Source: Gammaproteobacteria bacterium (GTDB taxonomy: Bacteria > Pseudomonadota > Gammaproteobacteria > Eutrophobiales > Eutrophobiaceae). Taken from it: a DNA stretch of 64,000 nucleotides. A model generated the notes under the pieces. It was given only the letters and a program-made list of their open reading frames with translations, did not search any database and was not told where the DNA came from. The DNA is taken from contig JANQJZ010000048.1 in the NCBI GenBank assembly GCA_028281365.1, positions 5,238 through 69,237 of the forward strand, given 5' to 3'. This document shows, in pieces, positions 1 through 12,303 of the stretch. Made by a program: the position numbers and the translations under genes. Each line of letters begins with the position of its first letter. Position 1 is the first letter of the stretch.

Positions 1-466
1 TCATCGCAGTAAAATTTCTTCGGTTCAAATCAGGTGCACTTAACATCGCCGTATGTGCATTGGTATTTGCCGGATTACCGACAACCAGAACTTTTACATC
101 ACGACTGGCATTTTCATTCAGGGCCTGTCCCTGAACCTTAAAAATACCACCATTCGCTTCCAGTAGATCACTACGTTCCATTCCCGGGCCACGAGGTTTT
201 GCACCAACTAATAAGGCATAATCGACATCTTTAAATGCAGTACTGGCATCATCTGCCAAAACAAAACCGGCTGCGAGTGGAAAAGCACAATCGTCTATCT
301 CCATAACGACACCTTCCAGTGCCTTCATTGCCGGTGTGATCTCCAACAGTTGTAAGATTACAGGTTGATCAGGTCCCAACATTTGACCAGATGCGATTCT
401 GAATAAAAGTGAATAACCAATTTGACCTGCTGCCCCGGTAACAGCAACACGAACAGGGGATTTCAT
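1..466 (-). CDS. mdh: malate dehydrogenase (5' part; runs off the window)
   Basis: Manual translation from ATG at 466: [43 protein letters not shown]...[15 protein letters not shown]...[10 protein letters not shown]; AAGGAG RBS upstream. Confidence 0.95.
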   Translation of the reverse strand, partial: MKSPVRVAVTGAAGQIGYSLLFRIASGQMLGPDQPVILQLLEITPAMKALEGVVMEIDDCAFPLAAGFVLADDASTAFKDVDYALLVGAKPRGPGMERSDLLEANGGIFKVQGQALNENASRDVKVLVVGNPANTNAHTAMLSAPDLNRRNFTAM

Positions 467-507
467 TTTTACAAGTTCTCCTTAATAATTTTATTTATCA
501 GTATGTT

Positions 508-1803
508 TTAACCACGTTTTTCTATAGGGATATAGTCACGTGTTTCTGAACCAATGTAGAGTTGTCTCGGACGTCCAATCTTGAAATCAGGATCCTCCAT
601 CATTTCTAACCATTGCGCTATCCAACCTGCTGATCTTGCCAGGGCAAACATCACGGTATACATCGGTGTCGGGATACCCAGTGCCTTAAGAATAATACCT
701 GAATAGAAATCAACGTTTGGATAGAGTTTACGTTCAATAAAGTAGTCATCCTTCAGTGCAATCTCTTCCAGTTGCATCGCAATCTCAAATGTTGGTTGAT
801 CGACTGTATCGATCGCTTCGAGTAAATCATGACAAACCTGTCTGATGATCGTCGCACGCGGATCATAATTTTTGTACACACGATGACCAAAGCCCATCAA
901 TCTGAACGAATCGTCTTTATCTTTAGCTCGTGCAATAAATTTTGGAATATTGTCAGCAGATTCAATCTGAGCCAACATTCTTAATACCGCCTCGTTGGCA
1001 CCGCCATGCGCACGACCCCATAGAGTGACAACACCCGCAGCAATACAGGCAAATGGATTAGCTTCAGCGCTGCCCGCCAGGCGAACTGTTGATGTCGAAG
1101 CATTTTGTTCATGGTCTGCATGCAATATAAGCATCAGGTTTAATGCACGTACGGCAACAGGATCGGGAATATATTCCCGCATTGGAACCGAGAACATCAT
1201 ATTCAGGAAGTTTTCGACGTAGCCCAAATCATCACGGGAATAGACAAACGGGTGACCCATTGCATAGTTGTAGCAGTGTGCTGCCAAAATCGGCATCTTG
1301 GCAATAACCCGAATAGCGGTTAAATCACGATCTTCAGGATCGTTTATATCCATTGCCTCGTGATAATAAGAGGATAGCGCACCGGTAACACCGATCAGCA
1401 TCGACATCGGATGTGCATCATAACGATAACCGGTATAAAACCGTTCCAGATGTTCATGCACCATATTGCGCTTATTTAAATTTAAACGAAATTGATCAAA
1501 CCCAGATTGAGTCGGGAGTTCTCCATATAACAACAGATAACATACTTCGAGGTAAGAACTGTTTTCGGCCAATTGTTCAATTGGATAACCACGGTGAAGT
1601 AATATGCCCTTTTCACCATCCAGATAAGTGATTGCACTCCTGCAAGATGCTGTTGTTACAAAACCCGGATCGAAAGTAAACATACCGAGTTCCTTGTAAA
1701 GTGTTTTGGTATCGATGACCGGAGCACCATATACCCCTGTAAGAATTGGACACTCTATCTCTTTGCCGGTGCGATTATCGGTAATTGTGACCGTATCAGC
1801 CAT
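508..1803 (-). CDS. gltA: citrate synthase (type II)
   Basis: [31 protein letters not shown] and YPNVDFYSG motifs; likely start MADTVTI at 1803 after GGGAGA. Confidence 0.97.
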   Translation of the reverse strand: MADTVTITDNRTGKEIECPILTGVYGAPVIDTKTLYKELGMFTFDPGFVTTASCRSAITYLDGEKGILLHRGYPIEQLAENSSYLEVCYLLLYGELPTQSGFDQFRLNLNKRNMVHEHLERFYTGYRYDAHPMSMLIGVTGALSSYYHEAMDINDPEDRDLTAIRVIAKMPILAAHCYNYAMGHPFVYSRDDLGYVENFLNMMFSVPMREYIPDPVAVRALNLMLILHADHEQNASTSTVRLAGSAEANPFACIAAGVVTLWGRAHGGANEAVLRMLAQIESADNIPKFIARAKDKDDSFRLMGFGHRVYKNYDPRATIIRQVCHDLLEAIDTVDQPTFEIAMQLEEIALKDDYFIERKLYPNVDFYSGIILKALGIPTPMYTVMFALARSAGWIAQWLEMMEDPDFKIGRPRQLYIGSETRDYIPIEKRG

Positions 1804-2113
1804 TAAACTTCTCCCTAACTTTTGTCTTATATTTATTGTTGTGATTTGAAAAATGGCATAAGCATACAGCCCTTTATGGCATTGCAGCAAGGCCAGTTAA
1901 ACCAGTTCGGTCTGGTTTATGCATAAAATTAGCAACAAGTAAATGAAAAATAGTCTAAAGTTATAGGAATTATTTTCAGGAAATCTTATAGTTAGATGTA
2001 ATATCTAGATTAATTCAGCCAATTATTACAGTACGATGAATTTTTTTTTCAAAATTCTCGTCATATTGACTCAAACTGGTAACAAACATAATAAGAAAAT
2101 GAAGGAATAGCCC

Positions 2114-4966
2114 ATGAAAAACACGGTTCCATCGTGCTTATATAGTGGAAATGCATGGTTTGTTGAAGAGTTATATGAATCATATTTAAATAAGCCGGAA
2201 AGTATTGATCCTGAGTGGCGTGATTACTTTGATTCACTCCAGGATGGAACATCAACCAAGGATGTCCCGCATGCGCCTATCCAACAGGCCTATGCAAATG
2301 CTGCAAAACATCGTTCTCAAGGACTTACTGTCCAGGCTCCGGCAGCAGATGCTATCTCCCATCAAAAACAGGCCGCTGTTCTTCGTTTGATCAATGCACA
2401 CCGTTTTAATGGTCATCGCCAGGCCAATCTTGATCCGTTAAAACAATATCAACGTCCGGAAATGCAGGAATTGGAGCCGGCATTTCACGGATTAACTGAA
2501 GAAGATATGGATAGTACTTTTAATACGGGTTCATTATTTGCACCTGATGAAATCACATTACGTGAAATTATCCACATTATAAAAACCACTTACTGTGGTT
2601 GTATTGGTGCCGAATACATGCACATCAATGAAACCGAACAAAAACGGTGGCTACAAAAACGACTGGAAGAACCTTTATCAACTCCGGATTACGATAACGA
2701 AAAACGTATTCGAATTCTGGATCGCGTTATCGACTCTAATGCACTGGAAGAGTATCTACACAAAAAATACGTTGGCCAAAAAAGATTTTCACTCGAAGGC
2801 GGTGAATCATTGATCCCTGCGCTTGATGAAATTGTCCAGTCGGGCGGTATGCAGGATATTAAAGAGATTGTTATTGGTATGGCACACCGTGGTCGATTAA
2901 ATGTCCTGGTCAATATCATAGGTAAAAAACCCAGTGAATTATTTGATGAGTTTGAAGGTAAAACAATTGATACCTTAACAGGCTCCGGTGACGTGAAATA
3001 TCACATGGGATATTCTTCTGATATAAGTACGCCCGGTGGCAGTGTTCACCTGACGATGGCCTTTAACCCGTCTCACCTTGAGATTATCGATCCCGTCGTT
3101 GAAGGATCGGTCCGAGCAAGACAGGACAGGCGTGCTGACTTTGCACATAATGAAGTACTACCCATATTAATCCATGGTGACGCCGCTTTTGCCGGCCAGG
3201 GTGTCATAATGGAAACCTTTAATCTCTCACAAACGCGTGGCTATACCACGGGTGGGACAGTACATATCATCGTTAACAACCAGATTGGTTTTACCACAAG
3301 TGATCCTCTTGATTCGCGCTCATCACTTTACTGTACCGATGTCGCGAAGATGGTCCAGGCACCTATTTTCCATGTGAATGGCGATAATCCTGAAGCTGTT
3401 GTCTTTGCAACCAAGATAGCACTTGATTTCAGGATGGAATTTAACAAAGACGTTGTTATCGACATGGTCTGTTTTCGTAAGCATGGCCACAGCGAAGCAG
3501 ACGAACCGATGGCCACGCAACCCATCATGTATCAACAAGTCAGAAAACATCCAGGTGTACGAAAGCTACATACTGATAAATTAATTGCCGAAGGCATTAT
3601 TACCCAGGAAGGAGCTGATGCCATCGCGAATGAATATATTGATTCATTGGAAAGCAATATGGGTGTTGCCGGTGCGCATGCCGAACACTCCAATCCGAAA
3701 TTTTTGATCGATTATTCACGTTTTACCGGAACCGAATGGACACACGACACCGACACGACAATTAGTGAAAGTTCTGTCTCTAAATTAACGGAAGCCATAA
3801 CAACTATTCCTGATGAATTCGAATTAAACCCTGCGGTTGATAAAATTATTGAATCACGCAAGAAAATGGGCACTGGTGAAATGTTAATGGATTGGGGCTA
3901 TGCGGAAACGATGGCCTATGCATCACTGATAGACGCCGGTTATCCCATACGTATCTCCGGACAAGACAGTGGCAGGGGTACCTTTTTTCATCGACATGCA
4001 GTAATCCATAATATGAAAGACGGTAGAACACACTTACCACTACAGCATATCAAGCAGGGACAACCGAGTTTTCTGGTTATCAACTCGACCCTTTCAGAAG
4101 AAGCCGTGCTTGCTTATGAATATGGATATAGTAGTGCAGAACCGAATTCTCTGGTGTTATGGGAAGCGCAGTTTGGTGACTTTGCCAATGGTGCACAGGT
4201 TGTCTTTGATCAGTTTATCAGTTCTTGTGAAGCCAAGTGGGGACGCTATTGCGGTTTAATCGTTTTCTTACCGCATAGTTATGATGGACAGGGTCCTGAA
4301 CACTCATCAGCAAGACTAGAGCGCTATCTGCAACTTTGTGCCGAACAAAATATGCAGGTTTGTTTCCCCAGCACTGCAGCACAGATGTTTCATATGTTAC
4401 GCCGACAAATTTTACGTCCTTATCGTAAACCACTTATTATAATGAGTCCTAAAAGTTTATTGAGGAGAAAGTTGTCCACATCACCGGTTGATGAATTGAT
4501 TAACGGACGTTTTCAGACTGTCATCGATGAAATTGATGAACTGGATAAAGAAGGAATAACAAGATTACTGGTATGCAGTGGCAAAGTTTATTTTGATCTC
4601 CTTGAACAACGTCGTGAAAACAATATTACGAATATCGCTATTATGCGGGTTGAGCAACTGTTTCCATTTCCAAGAGATGAAGTAAAAGCTATAGTCCATT
4701 CTTACCCTAACCTTAAAGAAGTCGTTTGGGTCCAGGAAGAACCAAAAAACCAGGGTAGCTGGTATTACATGCAATCAAGAGGAACCATGATAGGTTGCCT
4801 GAGTGATCATCATACCTTTGGTTACGCCGGACGTTTCTATTCCGCATCGCCGGCGACTGGATTGATGCCAATACATCTTGCCCAACAAAAAGAATTGGTC
4901 TCAGATGCATTACAACTTGATAAACTTGAAGTAACGACCCATAAGAAACGTAGTACTGCTAATTAA
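2114..4966 (+). CDS. sucA: 2-oxoglutarate dehydrogenase E1
   Basis: KRFSLEGGE, GMAHRGRLN, GDVKYHMG, HGDAAFAGQG, WEAQFGDF motifs. Confidence 0.98.
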   Translation: MKNTVPSCLYSGNAWFVEELYESYLNKPESIDPEWRDYFDSLQDGTSTKDVPHAPIQQAYANAAKHRSQGLTVQAPAADAISHQKQAAVLRLINAHRFNGHRQANLDPLKQYQRPEMQELEPAFHGLTEEDMDSTFNTGSLFAPDEITLREIIHIIKTTYCGCIGAEYMHINETEQKRWLQKRLEEPLSTPDYDNEKRIRILDRVIDSNALEEYLHKKYVGQKRFSLEGGESLIPALDEIVQSGGMQDIKEIVIGMAHRGRLNVLVNIIGKKPSELFDEFEGKTIDTLTGSGDVKYHMGYSSDISTPGGSVHLTMAFNPSHLEIIDPVVEGSVRARQDRRADFAHNEVLPILIHGDAAFAGQGVIMETFNLSQTRGYTTGGTVHIIVNNQIGFTTSDPLDSRSSLYCTDVAKMVQAPIFHVNGDNPEAVVFATKIALDFRMEFNKDVVIDMVCFRKHGHSEADEPMATQPIMYQQVRKHPGVRKLHTDKLIAEGIITQEGADAIANEYIDSLESNMGVAGAHAEHSNPKFLIDYSRFTGTEWTHDTDTTISESSVSKLTEAITTIPDEFELNPAVDKIIESRKKMGTGEMLMDWGYAETMAYASLIDAGYPIRISGQDSGRGTFFHRHAVIHNMKDGRTHLPLQHIKQGQPSFLVINSTLSEEAVLAYEYGYSSAEPNSLVLWEAQFGDFANGAQVVFDQFISSCEAKWGRYCGLIVFLPHSYDGQGPEHSSARLERYLQLCAEQNMQVCFPSTAAQMFHMLRRQILRPYRKPLIIMSPKSLLRRKLSTSPVDELINGRFQTVIDEIDELDKEGITRLLVCSGKVYFDLLEQRRENNITNIAIMRVEQLFPFPRDEVKAIVHSYPNLKEVVWVQEEPKNQGSWYYMQSRGTMIGCLSDHHTFGYAGRFYSASPATGLMPIHLAQQKELVSDALQLDKLEVTTHKKRSTAN

Positions 4967-4981
4967 ATTAAGGAGAAGATC

Positions 4982-6301
4982 GTGCTGGTTGATATTAAAG
5001 TCCCTGTATTAGCGGAATCAGTTGCTGAAGCAACATTAATGACCTGGCAGAAACGTACAGGAGATTCGGTAAAACGCGGTGATAACCTGATTGATATTGA
5101 AACCGACAAGGTCACTCTTGAGGTCTCTGCATTAAATGATGGCGTGATTTCTGAAATTCTAAAAGAAGATGGCGAGATCGTGCAAAGTGATGAAGTAATA
5201 GCACGAATTGATACAGAAGCAACTGCAGAAACAGCCGCACCGGAAAATCCGGAAGCAGCACCGGAACAACAATCACTCCCGGAAATGGATACCAAAGCTG
5301 AAGAAATAGCGGAGCAAGATTTACCTAAATTAAGTCCTGCGGTCAGGAACCTGTTAGAAGAACATCAACTGGATGCAGGCGAGATAATAGCTAAATCGGA
5401 TCGTATCACTAAAGAAGATGTACTTCGTCATATTGAAGGAAAGGCACCGATTCAGGCAACTGCACCTTCAGAAGATAAAGCTGCCGAACCAGCTCCACCT
5501 GCAAGTGCTCCGGAACCAAGCCCGGCGCCTGCAAAAACGGAATCGAACAAAAACCTGACTGAATCTGTCGCGGTACCTGTTTTAACCAGTAGTACAGGTA
5601 ACAGGCCGGAAGAAAAAGTCCCGATGACACGTTTGCGCAAACGTGCAGCCGAGCGGTTACTCAATGCACAACATGAAAATGCAATACTGACGACCTTTAA
5701 TGAAGTCAATATGCAGCCTGTTATGGATATCAGAAGTAAATACAAAGACGAGTTTGAAAAAACACACGGTATTAAACTGGGCTTTATGTCATTCTTTACC
5801 CGGGCTGCGGTTGAAGCATTAAAAAAATTCCCGGTAATTAATGCATCAGTTGATGGTGATAACATCCTTTACCACGGTTACTTTGATATCGGTATTGCTG
5901 TTAGCTCTCCTCGTGGACTTGTTGTTCCTATTGTGCGTAATGCGGACATGCTGCCGTTAGCAGAGATAGAAGCACAAATACGTTCCTATGGTGAAAAAGC
6001 CCGTGATGGTAAATTAACGATTGATGATTTAACCGGTGGGACATTTACCATCACCAATGGTGGTGTTTTTGGATCATTATTGTCTACACCAATAATTAAT
6101 CCACCACAAAGTGCGATATTAGGTATGCATGCGATAAATCAAAGACCAATGGCTGAGAATGGTGAAGTTGTAATCAGACCGATGATGTATCTGGCATTGT
6201 CCTATGATCATCGCATTATTGATGGTCGTGAAGCTGTACAATTCCTGGTTTCAATTAAACAACAACTGGAAGATCCGTCTCGACTTCTATTACAGCTTTA
6301 A
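4982..6301 (+). CDS. sucB: dihydrolipoyllysine succinyltransferase E2
   Basis: Lipoyl domain ETDKV, Ala/Pro linker, catalytic DHRIIDG; GTG start after AGGAGA. Confidence 0.97.
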   Translation: MLVDIKVPVLAESVAEATLMTWQKRTGDSVKRGDNLIDIETDKVTLEVSALNDGVISEILKEDGEIVQSDEVIARIDTEATAETAAPENPEAAPEQQSLPEMDTKAEEIAEQDLPKLSPAVRNLLEEHQLDAGEIIAKSDRITKEDVLRHIEGKAPIQATAPSEDKAAEPAPPASAPEPSPAPAKTESNKNLTESVAVPVLTSSTGNRPEEKVPMTRLRKRAAERLLNAQHENAILTTFNEVNMQPVMDIRSKYKDEFEKTHGIKLGFMSFFTRAAVEALKKFPVINASVDGDNILYHGYFDIGIAVSSPRGLVVPIVRNADMLPLAEIEAQIRSYGEKARDGKLTIDDLTGGTFTITNGGVFGSLLSTPIINPPQSAILGMHAINQRPMAENGEVVIRPMMYLALSYDHRIIDGREAVQFLVSIKQQLEDPSRLLLQL

Positions 6302-6394
6302 CTGAACGTGAAAAGTGAAGTGTGAAATGTATCTGAATTTCAAAAATAGGGCTTTGAATATCGTTTCACCTTTCACGTTTAACATTTCACAGTG
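6302..6394. repeat. tandem heptamer repeats with an inverted heptamer array (imperfect hairpin)
   Basis: tgaacg-tgaaaag-tgaagtg-tgaaatg (6303-6329) and cgtttca-cctttca-cgtttaa-catttca (6362-6389). Confidence 0.7.
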
Positions 6395-6449
6395 AAAGAC
6401 AACTAAAGTTTTTTTACGAGAAATTATATAAATATTTCAGGTATCCTAA

Positions 6450-7876
<1,427 letters not shown>

Positions 7877-7877
<1 letters not shown>

Positions 7878-8008
7878 AAAAAAGACACATCCTTGTGTTA
7901 AGTATTTAGTGTTTTACAAGAGGAGGTTAAATACACTAAATGGAGATTTATTTATTTATTTCACTAGAAATTGAATCTCTAGCTACATCCCAAGTTATTT
8001 TCCTAATA
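7877..8008 (-). ncRNA. candidate small RNA divergent from the LysR gene
   Basis: Minus-strand TTGTAA-N17-TATCTT (8043-8015); no ORF; 9-bp stem with CCUCCUC in the loop; terminal ACACA-AGGA-UGUGU hairpin followed by a U run. Confidence 0.4.
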
Positions 8009-8060
8009 CGCCATAAGATAGAATCCACACATTTAGTTTACAATAGTAATTTTGTTGATA

Positions 8061-8085
8061 TATTGTTTCAAATAAAGAAACAATA
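8061..8085. promoter_or_regulatory. LysR-type operator palindrome
   Basis: TATTGTTTC-N7-GAAACAATA perfect 9-bp inverted repeat containing T-N11-A, just upstream of the LysR start codon. Confidence 0.65.
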
Positions 8086-8098
8086 GTGGTATTAATCA

Positions 8099-9010
8099 AT
8101 GGACAAAATTATGGGAATGCGGGTTTTTTCTGCGGTTGCCAGACATGGGAGTTTCTCTGAAGCTGCAAAAAAATTATCGATCTCTAAAGCCATGGCTTCA
8201 AAACATGTGCTTAATCTGGAAAACTCGCTTGGTGTCAGATTATTCAACCGTACAACCAGGAAACTTAATCTCACCGAAGTCGGTCATGCCTATTTCGACA
8301 AGGTAGATTCCATCCTGACAGATATTGACGAAACTGAATCAGCAATTAGCCAACTAAACTCTGAACCAAAAGGAAAGTTGAAGATAATGGCGCAACCTTC
8401 ATTCGGTGCATTTCATTTATCGCGTGCGGTTTCTCTGTATCTCAATAAATACCCGGATGTAACTACAGAGATTGAATTGAGTAATCGCTTGCCGGACCTT
8501 GTCGAGGATGGAATCGATCTCGCGTTTTACGTCGGTGAGCTGGGTGATTCAATGTTTATTGCACGTAAAATCGCATCAGCGCGCAGAGTCGTCTGCGCTT
8601 CTCCACAATATTTAAAAGAGCACGGTATACCTAAAAATCCCGGGGATCTGGAACAACACAACTGTTTAATCTATTCACCGAGATCAAGTGTACAGGCGTG
8701 GGAATTCATCGATAAAGAAAAACGAAAATTAAACTGTAAGGTTTCCGGAGATATTCAGTGTAATGACGGTGATGCACTTCGTATCGCTGCTATCCAGGGT
8801 TGTGGTATAACGCAATTGCCCACCTATATTGTCGGTCTTGATATACAATCCGGGCGTTTGAATGCATTATTAGAAGACTATGAACCGGAGAGGCTACCTG
8901 TTTTTGCCATATATAGTCACCGTAAGTATCTGTCTGCAAAAATACAAACGTTTATCGATTTTATGTATGAGCTTTATCAACCTGAAGCCTACTGGAATAA
9001 ATGGACCTGA
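8099..9010 (+). CDS. LysR-family transcriptional regulator (CrgA/DmlR-like)
   Basis: N-terminal HTH GSFSEAAKKL...LENSLGVRLFNRTTR; substrate-binding domain DLVEDGIDLA, VVCASPQYL. Confidence 0.95.
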   Translation: MDKIMGMRVFSAVARHGSFSEAAKKLSISKAMASKHVLNLENSLGVRLFNRTTRKLNLTEVGHAYFDKVDSILTDIDETESAISQLNSEPKGKLKIMAQPSFGAFHLSRAVSLYLNKYPDVTTEIELSNRLPDLVEDGIDLAFYVGELGDSMFIARKIASARRVVCASPQYLKEHGIPKNPGDLEQHNCLIYSPRSSVQAWEFIDKEKRKLNCKVSGDIQCNDGDALRIAAIQGCGITQLPTYIVGLDIQSGRLNALLEDYEPERLPVFAIYSHRKYLSAKIQTFIDFMYELYQPEAYWNKWT

Positions 9011-9082
9011 AATCAGGCCAAAATAAATAATATTTTAAAGGCTAGACATTCTTAATCGTGATCTGTTAGGATGCGCATCAAA

Positions 9083-9097
9083 TGTTGCACTGCAACA
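9083..9097. promoter_or_regulatory. putative PhaR-binding palindrome upstream of phaA
   Basis: TGTTGCA-C-TGCAACA perfect palindrome with the TGC-N3-GCA core. Confidence 0.55.
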
Positions 9098-9171
9098 AAC
9101 AAGAAACACTTCTGTTGCTTTATGAAACAACAGGATATGACAAATAAACGGGATTAACGGAGGATAGAAAA

Positions 9172-10353
9172 ATGGCAGATAACGTTGTAATCGTTGCTGC
9201 AGCACGTACAGCAATTGGAAATTTTGGGGGTTCTTTAGCTGGTATACCCGCCCATAAACTTGGTGCAACGGTAATTACAGATGTAATCAAACGCGCAGGC
9301 ATCAAACCGGAACAAATTGATGAAGTTATCTTTGGTCAGGTTTTAACTGCCGGCACAGGTCAAAATCCGGCAAGACAAGCTGCAATCGAAGCGGGGCTTT
9401 CACATAGCGTGCCTTGTATGACTATCAATAAAGTCTGTGGCAGTGGTTTAAAGACTGTTCATCTTGCTGCTCAGGCAATCAAATGTGGCGACGCAGACAT
9501 TATCATTGCCGGCGGACAGGAAAATATGAGTCTGTCTCCACATGTTCTACCTAAATCACGCAACGGAACCAAAATGGGTGACTGGAAGATGCAGGATTCA
9601 ATGATTGTTGATGGTCTATGGGATGCATTTAATAACTATCATATGGGCGTTACTGCAGAAAACATTGCAAAGAAATATGAAATCTCCCGTGAAGAACAGG
9701 ATGAATTTGCTGCTGCTTCACAAAACAAGGCAGAAGCAGCAATCAATGCCGGCAAGTTCGATGAAGAAATTGTCCCGGTAGAAATTCCACAACGTAAAGG
9801 TGATCCAATCGTCTTCGATAAAGATGAATTTCCAAAGGCAGGTGTAACTGCTGATGGCATTGCAAAATTACGACCTGCTTTCGACAAGGAAGGCACTGTC
9901 ACTGCTGCTAACGCATCCGGTTTAAATGACGGTGCTGCTGCAGTTCTGGTTATGTCTGAAGATAAAGCCAAAGAATTGGGACTTGAGCCACTTGCAACAA
10001 TAAAAGCATATTCAAGCGCCGGTGTTGATCCTGCGATCATGGGAACAGGCCCCATCCCGGCAAGTAAACTCTGTCTGGAAAAAGCGGGTTGGTCAGTCGA
10101 TGACCTTGACTTGGTTGAGGCCAATGAGGCATTTGCTGCACAGGCTATTTCAGTAAACCGTGATGTTGGTTGGGATACCGCTAAAGTTAATGTAAATGGT
10201 GGCGCAATTGCGATTGGTCATCCTATCGGTGCATCCGGCTGCCGCGTTCTGGTTACATTACTACATGAAATGAAACGTAATGATGCGAAAAAAGGTCTTG
10301 CTACGCTCTGTATAGGTGGCGGACAAGGCGTCGCACTAGCCTTAGAGAGGTAA
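9172..10353 (+). CDS. phaA: acetyl-CoA acetyltransferase (beta-ketothiolase)
   Basis: [29 protein letters not shown] motifs; adjacent to phaB and phaR. Confidence 0.93.
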   Translation: MADNVVIVAAARTAIGNFGGSLAGIPAHKLGATVITDVIKRAGIKPEQIDEVIFGQVLTAGTGQNPARQAAIEAGLSHSVPCMTINKVCGSGLKTVHLAAQAIKCGDADIIIAGGQENMSLSPHVLPKSRNGTKMGDWKMQDSMIVDGLWDAFNNYHMGVTAENIAKKYEISREEQDEFAAASQNKAEAAINAGKFDEEIVPVEIPQRKGDPIVFDKDEFPKAGVTADGIAKLRPAFDKEGTVTAANASGLNDGAAAVLVMSEDKAKELGLEPLATIKAYSSAGVDPAIMGTGPIPASKLCLEKAGWSVDDLDLVEANEAFAAQAISVNRDVGWDTAKVNVNGGAIAIGHPIGASGCRVLVTLLHEMKRNDAKKGLATLCIGGGQGVALALER

Positions 10354-10359
10354 ACGATT

Positions 10360-11106
10360 ATGTCTGGAATAGAAGGTAAAGTAGCCCTGGTCACAGGTGG
10401 AACAGGTGGTATTGGTGCAGCGATCTGTATTGAATTAGCCAAGGCCGGTGCCAAAGTTGCAACTAATTATCGAAACCAGGAAAAAGCTGAAAAGTGGCAA
10501 GCCGAAGTAAAAGAACAGGGATTTGGTATAAAGATCTACCAAGCTGATGTCTCTGATTATGGCGCTTGTGAAAAGATGGTTGCTAAAGTTACATCTGATT
10601 TAGGTCCTGTTGATATCCTGGTAAATAATGCCGGTATAACCAAAGATGGTATGTTCAAAAAAATGACCAAGGATAAATGGGATGCGGTTATGAACATCAA
10701 TCTGGACAGTCTGTTTAATGTCACCAAGCATGTAGTTGAAGGGATGACGGAACGTGGTTGGGGAAGGATCGTGAACATATCCTCAATTAATGGACAAAAA
10801 GGCCAACTCGGGCAGACAAATTATTCAACTTCCAAGGCTGGCATGCATGGCTTTACTATGTCACTGGCTCAGGAAGTTGCCCGAAAAGGTGTGACAGTCA
10901 ATACGGTTTCCCCCGGTTATATTGCGACAGAAATGGTCATGGCGGTCCCTGAGGATATACGTAACCAGATCATTGCTGGTATCCCTGTTAATCGATTGGG
11001 TACGCCTGAAGAAATTGCCGCTTTAGTCGGCTTCCTGTGCTCAGAAAATGCAGGTTTCACTACCGGTGCAGACTTTGCAATGAATGGCGGACAGCATATG
11101 ATGTAG
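10360..11106 (+). CDS. phaB: acetoacetyl-CoA reductase
   Basis: SDR TGGTGGIG, NNAGITKD, SSINGQKGQLGQTNYSTSK, PGYIATEMV. Confidence 0.93.
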   Translation: MSGIEGKVALVTGGTGGIGAAICIELAKAGAKVATNYRNQEKAEKWQAEVKEQGFGIKIYQADVSDYGACEKMVAKVTSDLGPVDILVNNAGITKDGMFKKMTKDKWDAVMNINLDSLFNVTKHVVEGMTERGWGRIVNISSINGQKGQLGQTNYSTSKAGMHGFTMSLAQEVARKGVTVNTVSPGYIATEMVMAVPEDIRNQIIAGIPVNRLGTPEEIAALVGFLCSENAGFTTGADFAMNGGQHMM

Positions 11107-11174
11107 TGCTGTGGTTCGGCATTTAGCGTTATACTAGGTGCTGAACCAGTCCTGATTTTATGCTGGGAGAAAAA

Positions 11175-11654
11175 ATGGAAGACAAACGAATAATCAAGAA
11201 ATACCCAAATCGTCGTCTTTACGACACGCAGGAAAGTAAATACATCACTCTTGAGGACATCAAGAAACTGGTACTGGCTAACGAAGAGTTCATCGTAAAG
11301 GATGTAAAATCCGAGGAAGACTTAACCAGAACCATCTTATTGCAAATTATCATCGAACAGGAAGATGATGGTGAGCCCTTGTTTTCAGCACAGGCACTGG
11401 CGCACATTATTCGTTTTTACGGTGATTCGGTACAATCCGTTGCCGGTGATTATTTACAAAAAAGCATCGACCTTTTTGTTTCTCAACAAAAACAATTACA
11501 GGAACAACTCCAATCTGCAGTATCTACCAACCCTCTAACAGCCATGGCTGAATTGACGGAAAAGAATCTGGAAACATGGAAATCCATGCAAGAGAGTTTT
11601 TTCAATGCCGCTATGAAATCTTCAACGATGGGTAGTGAAGACAAAGAAAAATAA
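11175..11654 (+). CDS. phaR: polyhydroxyalkanoate synthesis repressor
   Basis: IIKKYPNRRLYDT signature, EDLTRTILLQII; start chosen after GGGAGA RBS. Confidence 0.95.
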   Translation: MEDKRIIKKYPNRRLYDTQESKYITLEDIKKLVLANEEFIVKDVKSEEDLTRTILLQIIIEQEDDGEPLFSAQALAHIIRFYGDSVQSVAGDYLQKSIDLFVSQQKQLQEQLQSAVSTNPLTAMAELTEKNLETWKSMQESFFNAAMKSSTMGSEDKEK

Positions 11655-11747
11655 TTTTTTTACTGAAAACTGTTCAGGAAAAACTTTTTTTAGTTTTTAT
11701 TCAATAAGTTACATAAATATATCAATTATTTTTCTTGTTCTAATTAG

Positions 11748-11803
11748 TTGACAAACCCCTATTTTCAGCTTATGCTGCATTGCAATATTGTTGCGCTGCA
11801 CAA
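11748..11803 (+). promoter_or_regulatory. sigma70 promoter of the phasin gene overlapped by tandem PhaR-like boxes
   Basis: TTGACA (11748)-N17-TATGCT (11771); TGCATTGCAATA and TGCGCTGCACAA (11792-11803). Confidence 0.7.
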
Positions 11804-11847
11804 TGACTAGCGCGAAATTTACAAAGCCCTTTACAGGAGAATGACAA

Positions 11848-12210
11848 ATGAACAAAGACATTGCTGAAAATTTAAACAAGTTTGGTAAAGCTTCATACGA
11901 TGCAACCAAAGAGCTTTATGAGATCAATCTGAAAATCGCCGGCCAAATGTATGATCAACAGTTGGCTTTTTTCAATCTTTCTTTTGAATATGCAACAGCA
12001 ACTATGGAATTAATTGGTAACTCAAAAGGTTACAACGATATCGTTTCCGGACAAACCGCACTAATCAGTGATGCAAGTGAAAAGGTACAAGGTATTGCCA
12101 GAAACACTGTTGACATCATGAATGAATCAAAAGATGAAGTCAGTGCCTGGGTCGAAAAGGGTGTTGAAGATGCTGCTGCTATCGTCCCTTTTGCACAAAA
12201 GAGTGCTTAA
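11848..12210 (+). CDS. phaP: phasin family protein
   Basis: 120-aa amphipathic helical protein after phaR, AGGAGA RBS, PhaR-like boxes upstream. Confidence 0.75.
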   Translation: MNKDIAENLNKFGKASYDATKELYEINLKIAGQMYDQQLAFFNLSFEYATATMELIGNSKGYNDIVSGQTALISDASEKVQGIARNTVDIMNESKDEVSAWVEKGVEDAAAIVPFAQKSA

Positions 12211-12260
12211 AACCTGTTTAGACACTAAAGAAAATTTTAAAAGAATTACCCCTGCTTAAT

Positions 12261-12300
12261 TCCACGGCTCTATTATAAATAGACCGTGGATTTTTTTATT
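12261..12300. terminator. intrinsic terminator between the convergent phasin and purF genes
   Basis: TCCACGG(c)TCTATT...AATAGACCGTGGA stem followed by a T run. Confidence 0.75.
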
Positions 12301-12303
12301 GGA

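Noticed and set aside
1898-1919. TAAACCAG-N6-CTGGTTTA palindrome in the gltA/sucA intergenic region
   Set aside because: Real, but a single instance with no regulator I can assign; not enough support to call a feature.
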